The position numbers were made by a program, and so were the translations under genes. A stretch of DNA of 64,000 nt. Source: Nitrososphaerales archaeon. GTDB taxonomy: Archaea > Thermoproteota > Nitrososphaeria > Nitrososphaerales > UBA213. The notes beneath the pieces are model-generated. The model had not been told where the DNA came from and made no database searches. It worked only from the letters and a program-made list of their open reading frames with translations. The stretch covers positions 2,504 to 66,503 of the forward strand of contig JBHICH010000003.1 in assembly GCA_046759465.1 (NCBI GenBank), read 5' to 3'. Numbering within the stretch: the stretch's first letter is position 1; each line of letters starts with the position of its first letter. Positions 35,779 to 44,403 of this stretch are shown here, piece after piece.

Positions 35779-37670
35779 TGGAAAAGTATGATGTTGTGAT
35801 AATTGGTGGTGGATCTGCTGGTCTAGCTGCCTTAGTTGAGCTTTCAAAGCTTGGCTTGCAGGCAGTTGTCTTGGAGGCGGGAAAACCGGTTGGCTCTAAA
35901 AGCGTAACTGGAGGAATATTTTACTCGAAAAGATATCGTGATGCGAAGGTTTACAATGTTGAGGATGTTTATGGCGAGTCCTTTCTTTCCCAGGCACCAT
36001 TGGAAAGGAAGATAACGAAGTATTACTTGAATGCCGTATCTGGAAACAAGGCCTACACAGTAGATTTGACTGATGCACACAACTACCAGACAAACTTTGC
36101 TTATTCTGTACTGATGGTCAAGATGAACCGGTGGTTTGCAGAGCGAGCTGAAGAGGAAGCATCTGGGCTTGGCGGCGGTATCGTTTCTGGTGTCCATGTA
36201 AGCAATATAGCCTGGCAAAATGGCAAAACGATAGTTGAGACTGATGAGCTGGAGCCAATCGAAGTTAGAGCTGTAGTAGCTGCAGATGGCGTCAATTCAG
36301 AAACTGCGTTGATGACAGGTGCCAGGCAGAAGTTTGAGCCAGATACTCTCTACCACGGAGTCAAGTCTGTTGTAAGATTGCCTGAAGATATAATTGATGA
36401 AAGATACGATTTGAAAGACGGCGAAGGCATTGCTCACTTGTTTGCTGGCGACATTTCAAGAGGCCACAACGGCGGGGGTTTTCTTTACACAAATAAAGAC
36501 ACATTATCTGTTGGAGTTGTTTATCATCTAGACTCACTGATAAAAAGTCCAATTGAACCATACAACTTGCTTGACAGTTTCCTCAGCATCCCATTAATTA
36601 GAAATTACATCAGGGACGAAGTTCCATACGTAAAAGAGACCGATAGAGATCTTCCGAAAGAAGAGCAACTAAGAATAAAGTTTGGCATAAGCAAGTTGCT
36701 GAAATCGTGGGATGAACTAAGATACACCTACTATTCTAAAACTGCAAGAAAAAAGGCAATTGAGCAGGGGAACTATAAGGATGAAGATGAAATAAGAACC
36801 AAGTTGCAGGAAACAAGAAAGCAACTGGAAGAAAAGTTCGGTGTGTCTTTCGAAACCAATTATGTGGAATTGGAATATTCTGCAAAGCTTGTTCCAGATG
36901 GCAAGCGTGCGTTAATGGAGAAACCATACAAGAAGAATGTGCTATTTATTGGTGATGCTGCTGGCAGGGGTGTATTCGTTGGAACTAGAATCGAAGGCAT
37001 AAATATTGGCATAGACGATGCCGCAAGGTCTGCAAAGGCAGTTGCAAGAGCAAAGGAAAGGAATGCATTCTCAGAAGAGTATCTAGGTAGGTTTTATGGA
37101 GAATTGATAAAAGAAAGTCCTTACACCACTGATCTAAAGACAATCAATTTTGAATATCTGAAGATCTTTGTAAATGCATGCAGGGAGATACCACGGGAAT
37201 CTTTGAGTTTGTTTTTAAGATTGGGATTCACACTTCTATCAAAAGCTTCCGTTCAGGACTTTGCAAGGAGCATTACTAAGATGCTAGACCAACGAACGTT
37301 GCTGAATCTGATTGAAAGCAATGAAGCATATGTCAAGATTCCAATGGAAGTTGCACAAAAGATTGGCAGAAATGTTGAATCCGATTACGACGTCAAATTT
37401 CCTAGCGTAGAAGACAGAATTGCTAAGATAAAGATCAATGACTATCCTGAATCTCACATAAAGATAATAGATCCAAATGCAAAGTTCATTAAGAGCATGG
37501 TTCAGCTATGTCCCACACAATGCTACATAATGGAACTTATCGACAAGGAGAGATTCAAATCCCAAGTGGTCTTGCAACATGAAGGTTGCATTGAATGTGG
37601 GACATGCGCAAAACAGACAGAGTGGAAGCATCCTAAAGGAGAGAAAGGCGTAATTTACGAATACGGATGA
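35778..37670 (+). CDS. fixCX: Fused FixC-FixX: FAD-dependent ETF-quinone oxidoreductase with a C-terminal ferredoxin-like domain
   Basis: The N-terminus is YDVVIIGGGSAGLAA. The C-terminal ~70 aa read CPTQCY...EGCIECGTCA...W.HPKGEKGVIYEYG, the FixX pattern. The start overlaps the etfA stop (TAATG). Confidence 0.85.
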   Translation: MEKYDVVIIGGGSAGLAALVELSKLGLQAVVLEAGKPVGSKSVTGGIFYSKRYRDAKVYNVEDVYGESFLSQAPLERKITKYYLNAVSGNKAYTVDLTDAHNYQTNFAYSVLMVKMNRWFAERAEEEASGLGGGIVSGVHVSNIAWQNGKTIVETDELEPIEVRAVVAADGVNSETALMTGARQKFEPDTLYHGVKSVVRLPEDIIDERYDLKDGEGIAHLFAGDISRGHNGGGFLYTNKDTLSVGVVYHLDSLIKSPIEPYNLLDSFLSIPLIRNYIRDEVPYVKETDRDLPKEEQLRIKFGISKLLKSWDELRYTYYSKTARKKAIEQGNYKDEDEIRTKLQETRKQLEEKFGVSFETNYVELEYSAKLVPDGKRALMEKPYKKNVLFIGDAAGRGVFVGTRIEGINIGIDDAARSAKAVARAKERNAFSEEYLGRFYGELIKESPYTTDLKTINFEYLKIFVNACREIPRESLSLFLRLGFTLLSKASVQDFARSITKMLDQRTLLNLIESNEAYVKIPMEVAQKIGRNVESDYDVKFPSVEDRIAKIKINDYPESHIKIIDPNAKFIKSMVQLCPTQCYIMELIDKERFKSQVVLQHEGCIECGTCAKQTEWKHPKGEKGVIYEYG

Positions 37671-37749
37671 AGAAAAATATGAATCGAACCTAAGCATTAC
37701 TTGGCTTCTGACAATTAGGCTTTTATCCGATTGTCATATTATTGCTAGT

Positions 37750-38526
37750 GTGCAACTGAAGGAGATACTTGAAAAGCTGGCAAAGGGAAAGATCTCTGTT
37801 GAAGACGCACAGAGAATGCTATCACTGCATACTATAGAGTATGTTGAAGATCTTGCAAAGTTGGATATTGGCAGGGATATGCGAAAGGGAATGCCGGAGG
37901 TTGTTTATGGGGAAAATAAAACTTATTCAGTTTTAGCCAAGATTGCAGGTGCCGCATTGAAGAGAAAGAGTTCTGTAATAATCAGCAAGATAAATAACAA
38001 CCACATAAAACAGTTACAGAAATTCCTGAAGAAGAAAAAGGTAAAGGTGATCGTAAGTGACACAGCTAGAACTTTGGTAGCAGAAAAACACAAGACAAAT
38101 AGTACTGGAGGCAAAGTTGCAATAATAACCGCTGGCACTTCCGATATTGCTGTAGCAGAAGAAGCTAGGCTGATGGTAGAGGCAATGGGATGCAGGACAA
38201 TTACTAGTTATGATGTTGGTATTGCAGGGATGCATAGATTATTCCCAGTATTAAAAGATGTTATTAAAAATGACGTTGATGCGATAATCATAGTCGCTGG
38301 TATGGAAGGTGCGTTAGCATCTGTAGTTGCAACAATGGTTGATGTTCCAGTGATAGGGGTGCCAACTTCAGTAGGCTATGGTTTTGGATCAGACGGCGTT
38401 GCTGCTCTTGCATCTATGTTGCAGAGTTGCACCTTCGGACTTGCTGTGATGAACATTGATAATGGTATAGGTGCCGGTGCTCTAGCAGCTACGATAGCAA
38501 ACAGAGTCGCGAGATACAAAAAATAG
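37750..38526 (+). CDS. larB: LarB (pyridinium-3,5-biscarboxylic acid mononucleotide synthase, PurE-like)
   Basis: PEVVYGENKT, IITAGTSDIAVAEEA and VAGMEGALASVVA motifs. GTG start. Confidence 0.85.
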   Translation: MQLKEILEKLAKGKISVEDAQRMLSLHTIEYVEDLAKLDIGRDMRKGMPEVVYGENKTYSVLAKIAGAALKRKSSVIISKINNNHIKQLQKFLKKKKVKVIVSDTARTLVAEKHKTNSTGGKVAIITAGTSDIAVAEEARLMVEAMGCRTITSYDVGIAGMHRLFPVLKDVIKNDVDAIIIVAGMEGALASVVATMVDVPVIGVPTSVGYGFGSDGVAALASMLQSCTFGLAVMNIDNGIGAGALAATIANRVARYKK

Positions 38527-39246
38527 TTACTTTATTGATTCAGCTATTCTCACTAAATCTTCTAATGGCATATTTGCTTCAATATTGTACAGCATCTTGT
38601 TTACTACTACAAATATTCTGGCAGGAAATGGAAATAAACCCACTGAAGCGTCACTGATACCAGTCGCAGACAATCCACCGCTAGGATCGTAGCCTATTGC
38701 TGGATTCCCGTTTATTGTTAGTTGATGCACACTGTACTTTGGAACTATTTTGTTGATGGCATCAATCATCTGTGCTTGCGAGTCAGGTACACGTAATGAC
38801 TCTGCTATGCGAACCACAACGGCGCCGTTCAGAGCTGGCCCTCCTGAAAGTTCACTTGCATTGCACAATGGTCTGTCCCAGTAATACATAGTTATCATTT
38901 CAACACTATTGTTACTCACTACATCTACTCCCTCCAAGGAATATCCGATGGGTAAAAAATGTGGTGTCATGATCTGAAACTTGATCTTTGAGCCTTCATC
39001 TAGTACAGGTGAAAAATTTGGCGAGCAAGTTAATGGTTCAACAGCTGGATACTTTTCTGCACCAGCTGGAACTGGCAGTACGTCCAGAGATGTATCGTGT
39101 ATAATGCTTGGACTTGGAATAGGCATCTGCACAATTATTGCAAAAGCTAGAAGTGATCCTATACCAACTATTGTATACAGGTACGGTTTGTGCTTAGTTT
39201 CTTCGTTCAATTCTATTAGCACAAGAATTTTACGTATTAATGTCAA
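38527..39246 (-). CDS. Hypothetical N-terminally anchored extracytoplasmic protein
   Basis: A single N-terminal TM segment (YLYTIVGIGSLLAFAIIV) followed by a ~190-aa soluble domain. No motif recognised. Confidence 0.5.
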   Translation of the reverse strand: MTLIRKILVLIELNEETKHKPYLYTIVGIGSLLAFAIIVQMPIPSPSIIHDTSLDVLPVPAGAEKYPAVEPLTCSPNFSPVLDEGSKIKFQIMTPHFLPIGYSLEGVDVVSNNSVEMITMYYWDRPLCNASELSGGPALNGAVVVRIAESLRVPDSQAQMIDAINKIVPKYSVHQLTINGNPAIGYDPSGGLSATGISDASVGLFPFPARIFVVVNKMLYNIEANMPLEDLVRIAESIK

Positions 39247-39479
39247 GCTGTAAAGAAATGTTGTCCTTCATTGAACGTATTGCAACACCAATTATTAGCG
39301 AACCTGAACATTGAGGAGCCTGGCGATAAAGAAGGTGCACCACATCCAATTGACAAAACCTCTTATAGCAAAAGCATAAAGCTACTTATGGGATCAATGG
39401 AATCTGCTGAAATTGAAAGAGAAAATAGATTGGATGCATTAAAGCGTCTAGCAAAATATTCTCAAACACTTTATCAGTA

Positions 39480-40217
39480 CTATCCGCTTATCACGGCGCT
39501 TCCAATTATGCCTAGATCCACCAATTCTGCACCGATACCGTATCCCACCAATGCTATACCAGTGCCCAATCCTGCCATCTCTATTCCTCCTCTTACCCAA
39601 CTCTTCTTTGCCATCCTAGACTTTAGGGCACCAACGACGAAAGATGATGTCACGCTAACAACAATTGCTATTAGCAGCGCAGTTAATCCCGCGATGAAGA
39701 AGAACGGTATAATAGGTAATATTCCTCCCAACAAGAACGAACCAAACATTATAAATGCGCTCTTTAAAGGCTTCCCAGCAATTTCTAGATTCAATCCTAA
39801 TTCTTCCGTCAACATTGTTTTCAACCAAACATCTTTGTTCGCCGTTATTTTATCAACAATCATGCGCAACTCGTCTCCCTCAAACCCTTTTGCTTTGTAG
39901 ATATCCTCGATCTCCTTGCGTTCCAAATGCGGCAGGTGCTCGATTTCATAAAGTTCCCTCTTGATCTCTGATTCCAAAACTTCTCTCTGTGACTTTACTG
40001 CCAAGTAGTTCTGCACCGCCATTGCCTTTGCCCCTGTAAACATTCCTACTAATGCAGCAAGGATCACTATACCTGCAGACACCTCTGCCGCTCCTACCCC
40101 AGCCACGATTCCAAGCGATGTGTTTACGCCATCACCAAAACCAAAAACAACATCGCGGATGTAGCTGCTCTGGCTTATGTGCGGTTCACTGTGTCTAGGC
40201 TCAACGTCTATCGGCAC
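39480..40217 (-). CDS. VIT1/CCC1-family iron/manganese transporter
   Basis: FGDGVNTSLGIVAGV, a central ferritin-like helical region (ELYEIEHLPHLERKEIEDIY) and C-terminal TM helices. Confidence 0.85.
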   Translation of the reverse strand: MPIDVEPRHSEPHISQSSYIRDVVFGFGDGVNTSLGIVAGVGAAEVSAGIVILAALVGMFTGAKAMAVQNYLAVKSQREVLESEIKRELYEIEHLPHLERKEIEDIYKAKGFEGDELRMIVDKITANKDVWLKTMLTEELGLNLEIAGKPLKSAFIMFGSFLLGGILPIIPFFFIAGLTALLIAIVVSVTSSFVVGALKSRMAKKSWVRGGIEMAGLGTGIALVGYGIGAELVDLGIIGSAVISG

Positions 40218-40409
40218 AGCTAAAATTGTTAATTATTCAATATAAATATAGCAAATATTAGGAGTTACTAATTGGGCGTTGCAACTCTTTCCTGATATCT
40301 TGAACAAAGATAGGTAGCATTTTCGTTATTTCTCGACCATCTATTACATTTATTATAAATCCAATAGGATGAAAAAGAGTTTTATAGTAAATATAACTAA
40401 TGGGAGGAC

Positions 40410-41960
40410 ATGCCTGGAAAACGTATTGTTCTAACGGCCGACCGCAGCTTAATGACAAATTACAGGGGCAACTTCCTGTATGGTTTCATTGCCTGTGGTC
40501 CTTACGAGTTGATACCAGAGTGGGTCTACGACACTGTTTTTTGTCCCAGCGTTGAAACCGATCAAATTACTGGGGAAGCTAAAGTTGCTCAATGCGGTTT
40601 AAGACGCATCGAAAGTGCTTTATTAAAAGAGTACAAGCGTGAAGATGTCTTTGTATGTCATCCAGAGATGGTCGATAAGGCGATTGGTGAAGACACTAAG
40701 GTTGTTGGTGTGAATGTGATGGACCCATTGGGGATGGCTCCAGTTACAACCACTATGTCACCTGAAAAGCTTTCTTACGTTGCGATGAAGTTCAAGAGGA
40801 TGTGTGCTAGGATTATTCAATTAAAGAAGCAGTACAAGTTCAAGGTTCTTGTTGGAGGTAACGGTGCTTGGGAGTTGGCAAAACCCGACAGAATGAGGAT
40901 ACATGGCATAGACACTGTTGTTGTTGGAGAAGCAGACGAATTGGCATTAGATATTTTCAAGGACGCAGAAAATGGTGGCACTCCAGAACTGTTGCACACG
41001 TTTGTTAGAACTATAGAAAATGTTCCTGAGATAACTGGTCCAACAGTTAACTCCTTAGTAGAGGCAATGCGTGGGTGTGGAAGGGGCTGTGACTTTTGTG
41101 ATGTCAACAAGAGATCAAAGAAGGATTTCCCAGTGGAACGTTTGCAGAGGGAAGCCAGGATTAATCTTGGCTACGGTTTCGACTCCATATGGTTACAGTC
41201 AGATGAGATGCTGCTCTACGGATGCACAAGCAGGGACTTTATCCCGAACAAGGATGCAATAACAGAACTATGGAGGGGCCTGAAGTCTACGGGTGCAAGA
41301 TTTGTTGGAACAACGCATATGACACTTTCAGCCGTAATGGCTGCTCCAGATTTGCTTGAAGAAATTTCAGAAATTAATCAGATGAGCAATTCCAGGTGGC
41401 TAGCAACCAATCTTGGCATTGAAACGGTTTCTCCAAAGCTGGTAAAAAAGCACTTGGGTATAAAGATGAAACCGTTCCAGCCAGACGAATGGGGGACAGT
41501 TGTAAGGCAAGGCTGCAAGATCCTTAACAAAAACCACTGGTTCCCAGCATTGACATTGATAGTTGGCTGGCCAGACGAAACTCCAGAAGATACGCAATAC
41601 ACGATTGATCTTGTGGAAGATTTGATGTCATGGAAGATGAAGGGGTTGATTGCACCACTGCTCTATCAGGACTACAGCGAAAAGAATTCAATGCACTTTG
41701 GTAACTTGAACGAGGCTCAGTTCACCCTGTTCTGGAGATGCTGGCAACACAATCTAAAGATCATCAATGATATAATTCCAATAATTGTTAGAAACAAATC
41801 ATACGGTCCACTGATGAAGGTCTTCATGGCGATGCTAGTAAAAGCTGGCACATGGGCAATATTCAAGTACCTTAGGGGAATATGCAAGGAACTCTTTGCA
41901 CAAACACCAGACGATATAGTCGAAAGGTACGCGAGAAAGTCTATTACAGTTTCAGTCTAA
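40410..41960 (+). CDS. Radical SAM protein with an N-terminal B12-binding-like domain
   Basis: CGRGCDFC (CxxxCxxC) at about residue 230, preceded by a Rossmann-like region (KVLVGGNGAW). Confidence 0.85.
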   Translation: MPGKRIVLTADRSLMTNYRGNFLYGFIACGPYELIPEWVYDTVFCPSVETDQITGEAKVAQCGLRRIESALLKEYKREDVFVCHPEMVDKAIGEDTKVVGVNVMDPLGMAPVTTTMSPEKLSYVAMKFKRMCARIIQLKKQYKFKVLVGGNGAWELAKPDRMRIHGIDTVVVGEADELALDIFKDAENGGTPELLHTFVRTIENVPEITGPTVNSLVEAMRGCGRGCDFCDVNKRSKKDFPVERLQREARINLGYGFDSIWLQSDEMLLYGCTSRDFIPNKDAITELWRGLKSTGARFVGTTHMTLSAVMAAPDLLEEISEINQMSNSRWLATNLGIETVSPKLVKKHLGIKMKPFQPDEWGTVVRQGCKILNKNHWFPALTLIVGWPDETPEDTQYTIDLVEDLMSWKMKGLIAPLLYQDYSEKNSMHFGNLNEAQFTLFWRCWQHNLKIINDIIPIIVRNKSYGPLMKVFMAMLVKAGTWAIFKYLRGICKELFAQTPDDIVERYARKSITVSV

Positions 41961-42013
41961 TTCAATCTAATTCAAGCAAACAATATATTCTGGTGCTCAA
42001 AATATAGTACGAA

Positions 42014-42895
42014 ATGGCGAAGGCTGAAAGATTTATTGGAGAGAATGTGGACCCAGAAAGACTTGCAACTAGGATTGAAACATACTTGCAGGACAATCAG
42101 TTTGAAGTCGCATTCTCCAAGGACCCCAAGGAACCAGCTTCATGGTTCTTCATTCAGGCAAGAAAAGCTGGTGCTTTAAGGACTGTTGCTGGCGCAAGAC
42201 GCAGCACAGACATTGCCATAGAAGGTGAACCAAATAACTTCGATGTAACGATCGGAACAGGAGAGTGGGGCAAGAATCTCCTCACATCAGCTCCATTGTT
42301 TATAATACCAATAGTGGGAATAGCAGCAACTGTAACAAAACTATACACGGCCAAGAAATTTGAAAGCAATTTGTGGAATTATATAAGGGATCAGGTAAGA
42401 TTTCTAAAGGATAGCTCTCTTTCAAAGACCTCAGCTACCCAGTTAGACACGAGAATGTATGCCTGTGATTATGTAGAAGGATATCCAGGATGGGGCCCAC
42501 AAGTAGAGGGTGGAAAACTACTTCTCGAAAGGCAGAAGGGAGGTAAGAACAGGATCGTCTTCAGGGCAGATTCAAAAGAAATAGTTATCCCGGCTGAGCA
42601 GGTCTCTGAAGCTAGCATTATCAAGAGGAAGAAAGGATTGCATGAGCACGAACTCATGGTACAGATTAGCTGCAGTGATCCGACTGGGAGAACCAGTAAG
42701 ACTATCTTCAACCTGAACGATGATATAATAAGAGGGGTTCTAGCTGGAATAAATGAGCTGGTGGGAGAGGATAAAGTTCTTAGGAGCTTCGAACAGGTAA
42801 GCGTGATAACAGATGTGAAGTTCTGCACCAGCTGCGGTGTTCAGATCGCAAAGGCAGCAAGGTTCTGCTCAGAATGTGGCGCTGGACAGCAGTAG
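42014..42895 (+). CDS. Hypothetical protein with central TM segments and a C-terminal zinc ribbon
   Basis: CTSCG-x10-CSECG at the C-terminus and a hydrophobic segment LLTSAPLFIIPIVGIAATV. Confidence 0.55.
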   Translation: MAKAERFIGENVDPERLATRIETYLQDNQFEVAFSKDPKEPASWFFIQARKAGALRTVAGARRSTDIAIEGEPNNFDVTIGTGEWGKNLLTSAPLFIIPIVGIAATVTKLYTAKKFESNLWNYIRDQVRFLKDSSLSKTSATQLDTRMYACDYVEGYPGWGPQVEGGKLLLERQKGGKNRIVFRADSKEIVIPAEQVSEASIIKRKKGLHEHELMVQISCSDPTGRTSKTIFNLNDDIIRGVLAGINELVGEDKVLRSFEQVSVITDVKFCTSCGVQIAKAARFCSECGAGQQ

Positions 42896-43103
42896 TGTAA
42901 GAATGCAGAACCTTCTAAAGTAACCATATGACACCTTTGAAATAATCCAACTTACTTCTTTCCCTATTTGATATATTCCGGGACAGTTATCTACATTTGT
43001 ATCTGTCTATGTGAAATCTGATTTTAGGCAAGTAGTTTGGTACACCCAGTGCAATTTCATGGGGAGCCTAAAATGTGCAAATAATAAAAAGTGAGGTTAA
43101 TGC

Positions 43104-43931
43104 CTACTGAGGCAGCAACTTCAGTATCTGGTTCTTCCTACTCACCGCTATAATCGCACCTACCGCCACTACCAACACAAGTGCAGCAAGAATACCAAAC
43201 TCTGGAACCACAACTGTTCCAATTATCTCTACCTCCTCAGCTCCAGCGGGAATTGGTATCACCAATGTTCTTGAAGTTGAAGTTGTCTCGGTCTCCTCAA
43301 AGTCTGCTTCTTCTCCATCAACCAGCAGTATATAATCGTCGTCGTCACCATTGATTCTTGAATCGATCAGGTCTCTAGGTAATGTTATCAGTAATTCGCC
43401 ATCTTCAGTTTCACTTGTACTTATAAATAATATTATGCTCGTAAAGTCTGGATCAACTTCAACGCTCTGAATGTTTCCATTCGACAGGGAGGCTTTGACA
43501 TTGAAGACATTGCCTTCAAACTCCACCCTTATGGTACCTGGTTCAGTAACGGCTTCACCGCCAGTGAACTCAAATGTTGCCTGCACGCTCTGTCCTGAAT
43601 ATGTTGCTTTTACTGTATATATCCCACTTATTCCTAGCTTACCTCCAATCTTAACTGTAGTTGAATAAGTTCCATCAGCATTTGGTGTTACTTGATCAAT
43701 TGTATACATTGTATTCCTTGGGTTAAAGACCTGTATTGCAACCGGCACACCTTCCAGAACTGCTGGAACGGTTCCGCTTATCATGACCTCTTCTCCTGCA
43801 CCATAACTTGTTTTGTCGACCTTCACTGTCAATGCTGCGGCCTGAGAATATGCCACATTTGGAACGATTGATATTATAGACGCGACCAGCACAGCTGCTA
43901 CAAAGCATTTTGCGTAAAGCATACCACTCAT
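43104..43931 (-). CDS. Secreted Ig-like-domain protein with a PEF-CTERM sorting signal
   Basis: - Signal-like N-terminus from Met46 (MSGMLYAKCFVAAVLVASIISIV).
- C-terminus VPEFG followed by a hydrophobic helix and SRK, the PEF-CTERM architecture.
- Acidic Asp/Glu-rich linker. Confidence 0.7.
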   Translation of the reverse strand: MSGMLYAKCFVAAVLVASIISIVPNVAYSQAAALTVKVDKTSYGAGEEVMISGTVPAVLEGVPVAIQVFNPRNTMYTIDQVTPNADGTYSTTVKIGGKLGISGIYTVKATYSGQSVQATFEFTGGEAVTEPGTIRVEFEGNVFNVKASLSNGNIQSVEVDPDFTSIILFISTSETEDGELLITLPRDLIDSRINGDDDDYILLVDGEEADFEETETTSTSRTLVIPIPAGAEEVEIIGTVVVPEFGILAALVLVVAVGAIIAVSRKNQILKLLPQ

Positions 43932-44144
43932 GCTCCAACGACATATATTTCTCTTGGTATATATCCTTTTATTATATGAATATTGATGAATTTTATCATT
44001 GCAATGCCAAGTTTGTGTCAACATCGTTTGAGACGCTGACTGAATTCCACAAGATTTATATACCAACTGGGAACTTCATTATAAGTTTGGGTTTGAATCA
44101 CAAATTATTTGTCAGCACATGCTATTATTAGGAGGTTTTTAGTT

Positions 44145-44402
44145 GTGTTGGATCAGAAAAACAAGGAGAATTTCGATGTACTTAAACATGTATATGTGCC
44201 GAAGCATGAAATATTGCCGAAGAAGGAAACAGATGAAATTTTGATAAGGTATAATACAAAATATGCGCAGCTTCCTTACATCTTCTTGAACGATCCTGCA
44301 ATTAGGGAGCTGGGAGCAAAACCTGGTGATATAATCAAGATAACAAGAAAGAGTCCAACTGCCGGTGAAAGTATCTATTATAGATACGTAGTGGAGGGAT
44401 AG
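44145..44402 (+). CDS. rpoH: DNA-directed RNA polymerase subunit H (Rpb5-like)
   Basis: HVYVPKHEIL...PAIRELGAKPGDIIKITRKSPTAGESIYYRYVV. I chose GTG 44145, which lies 9 nt after a GGAGG. Confidence 0.85.
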   Translation: MLDQKNKENFDVLKHVYVPKHEILPKKETDEILIRYNTKYAQLPYIFLNDPAIRELGAKPGDIIKITRKSPTAGESIYYRYVVEG

Positions 44403-44403
44403 A

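Noticed and set aside
39271-39900. A 209-aa plus-strand ORF.
   Set aside because: It is entirely antisense to the well-supported VIT1/CCC1 transporter gene and has a low-complexity Pro/Ile/Asn-rich product. It is a shadow ORF.
43932-44066. The N-terminal 45 residues of the 320-aa track ORF for the PEF-CTERM protein.
   Set aside because: A signal-peptide-like segment starts at Met46. The upstream residues are not hydrophobic and run into the rpoH promoter region.
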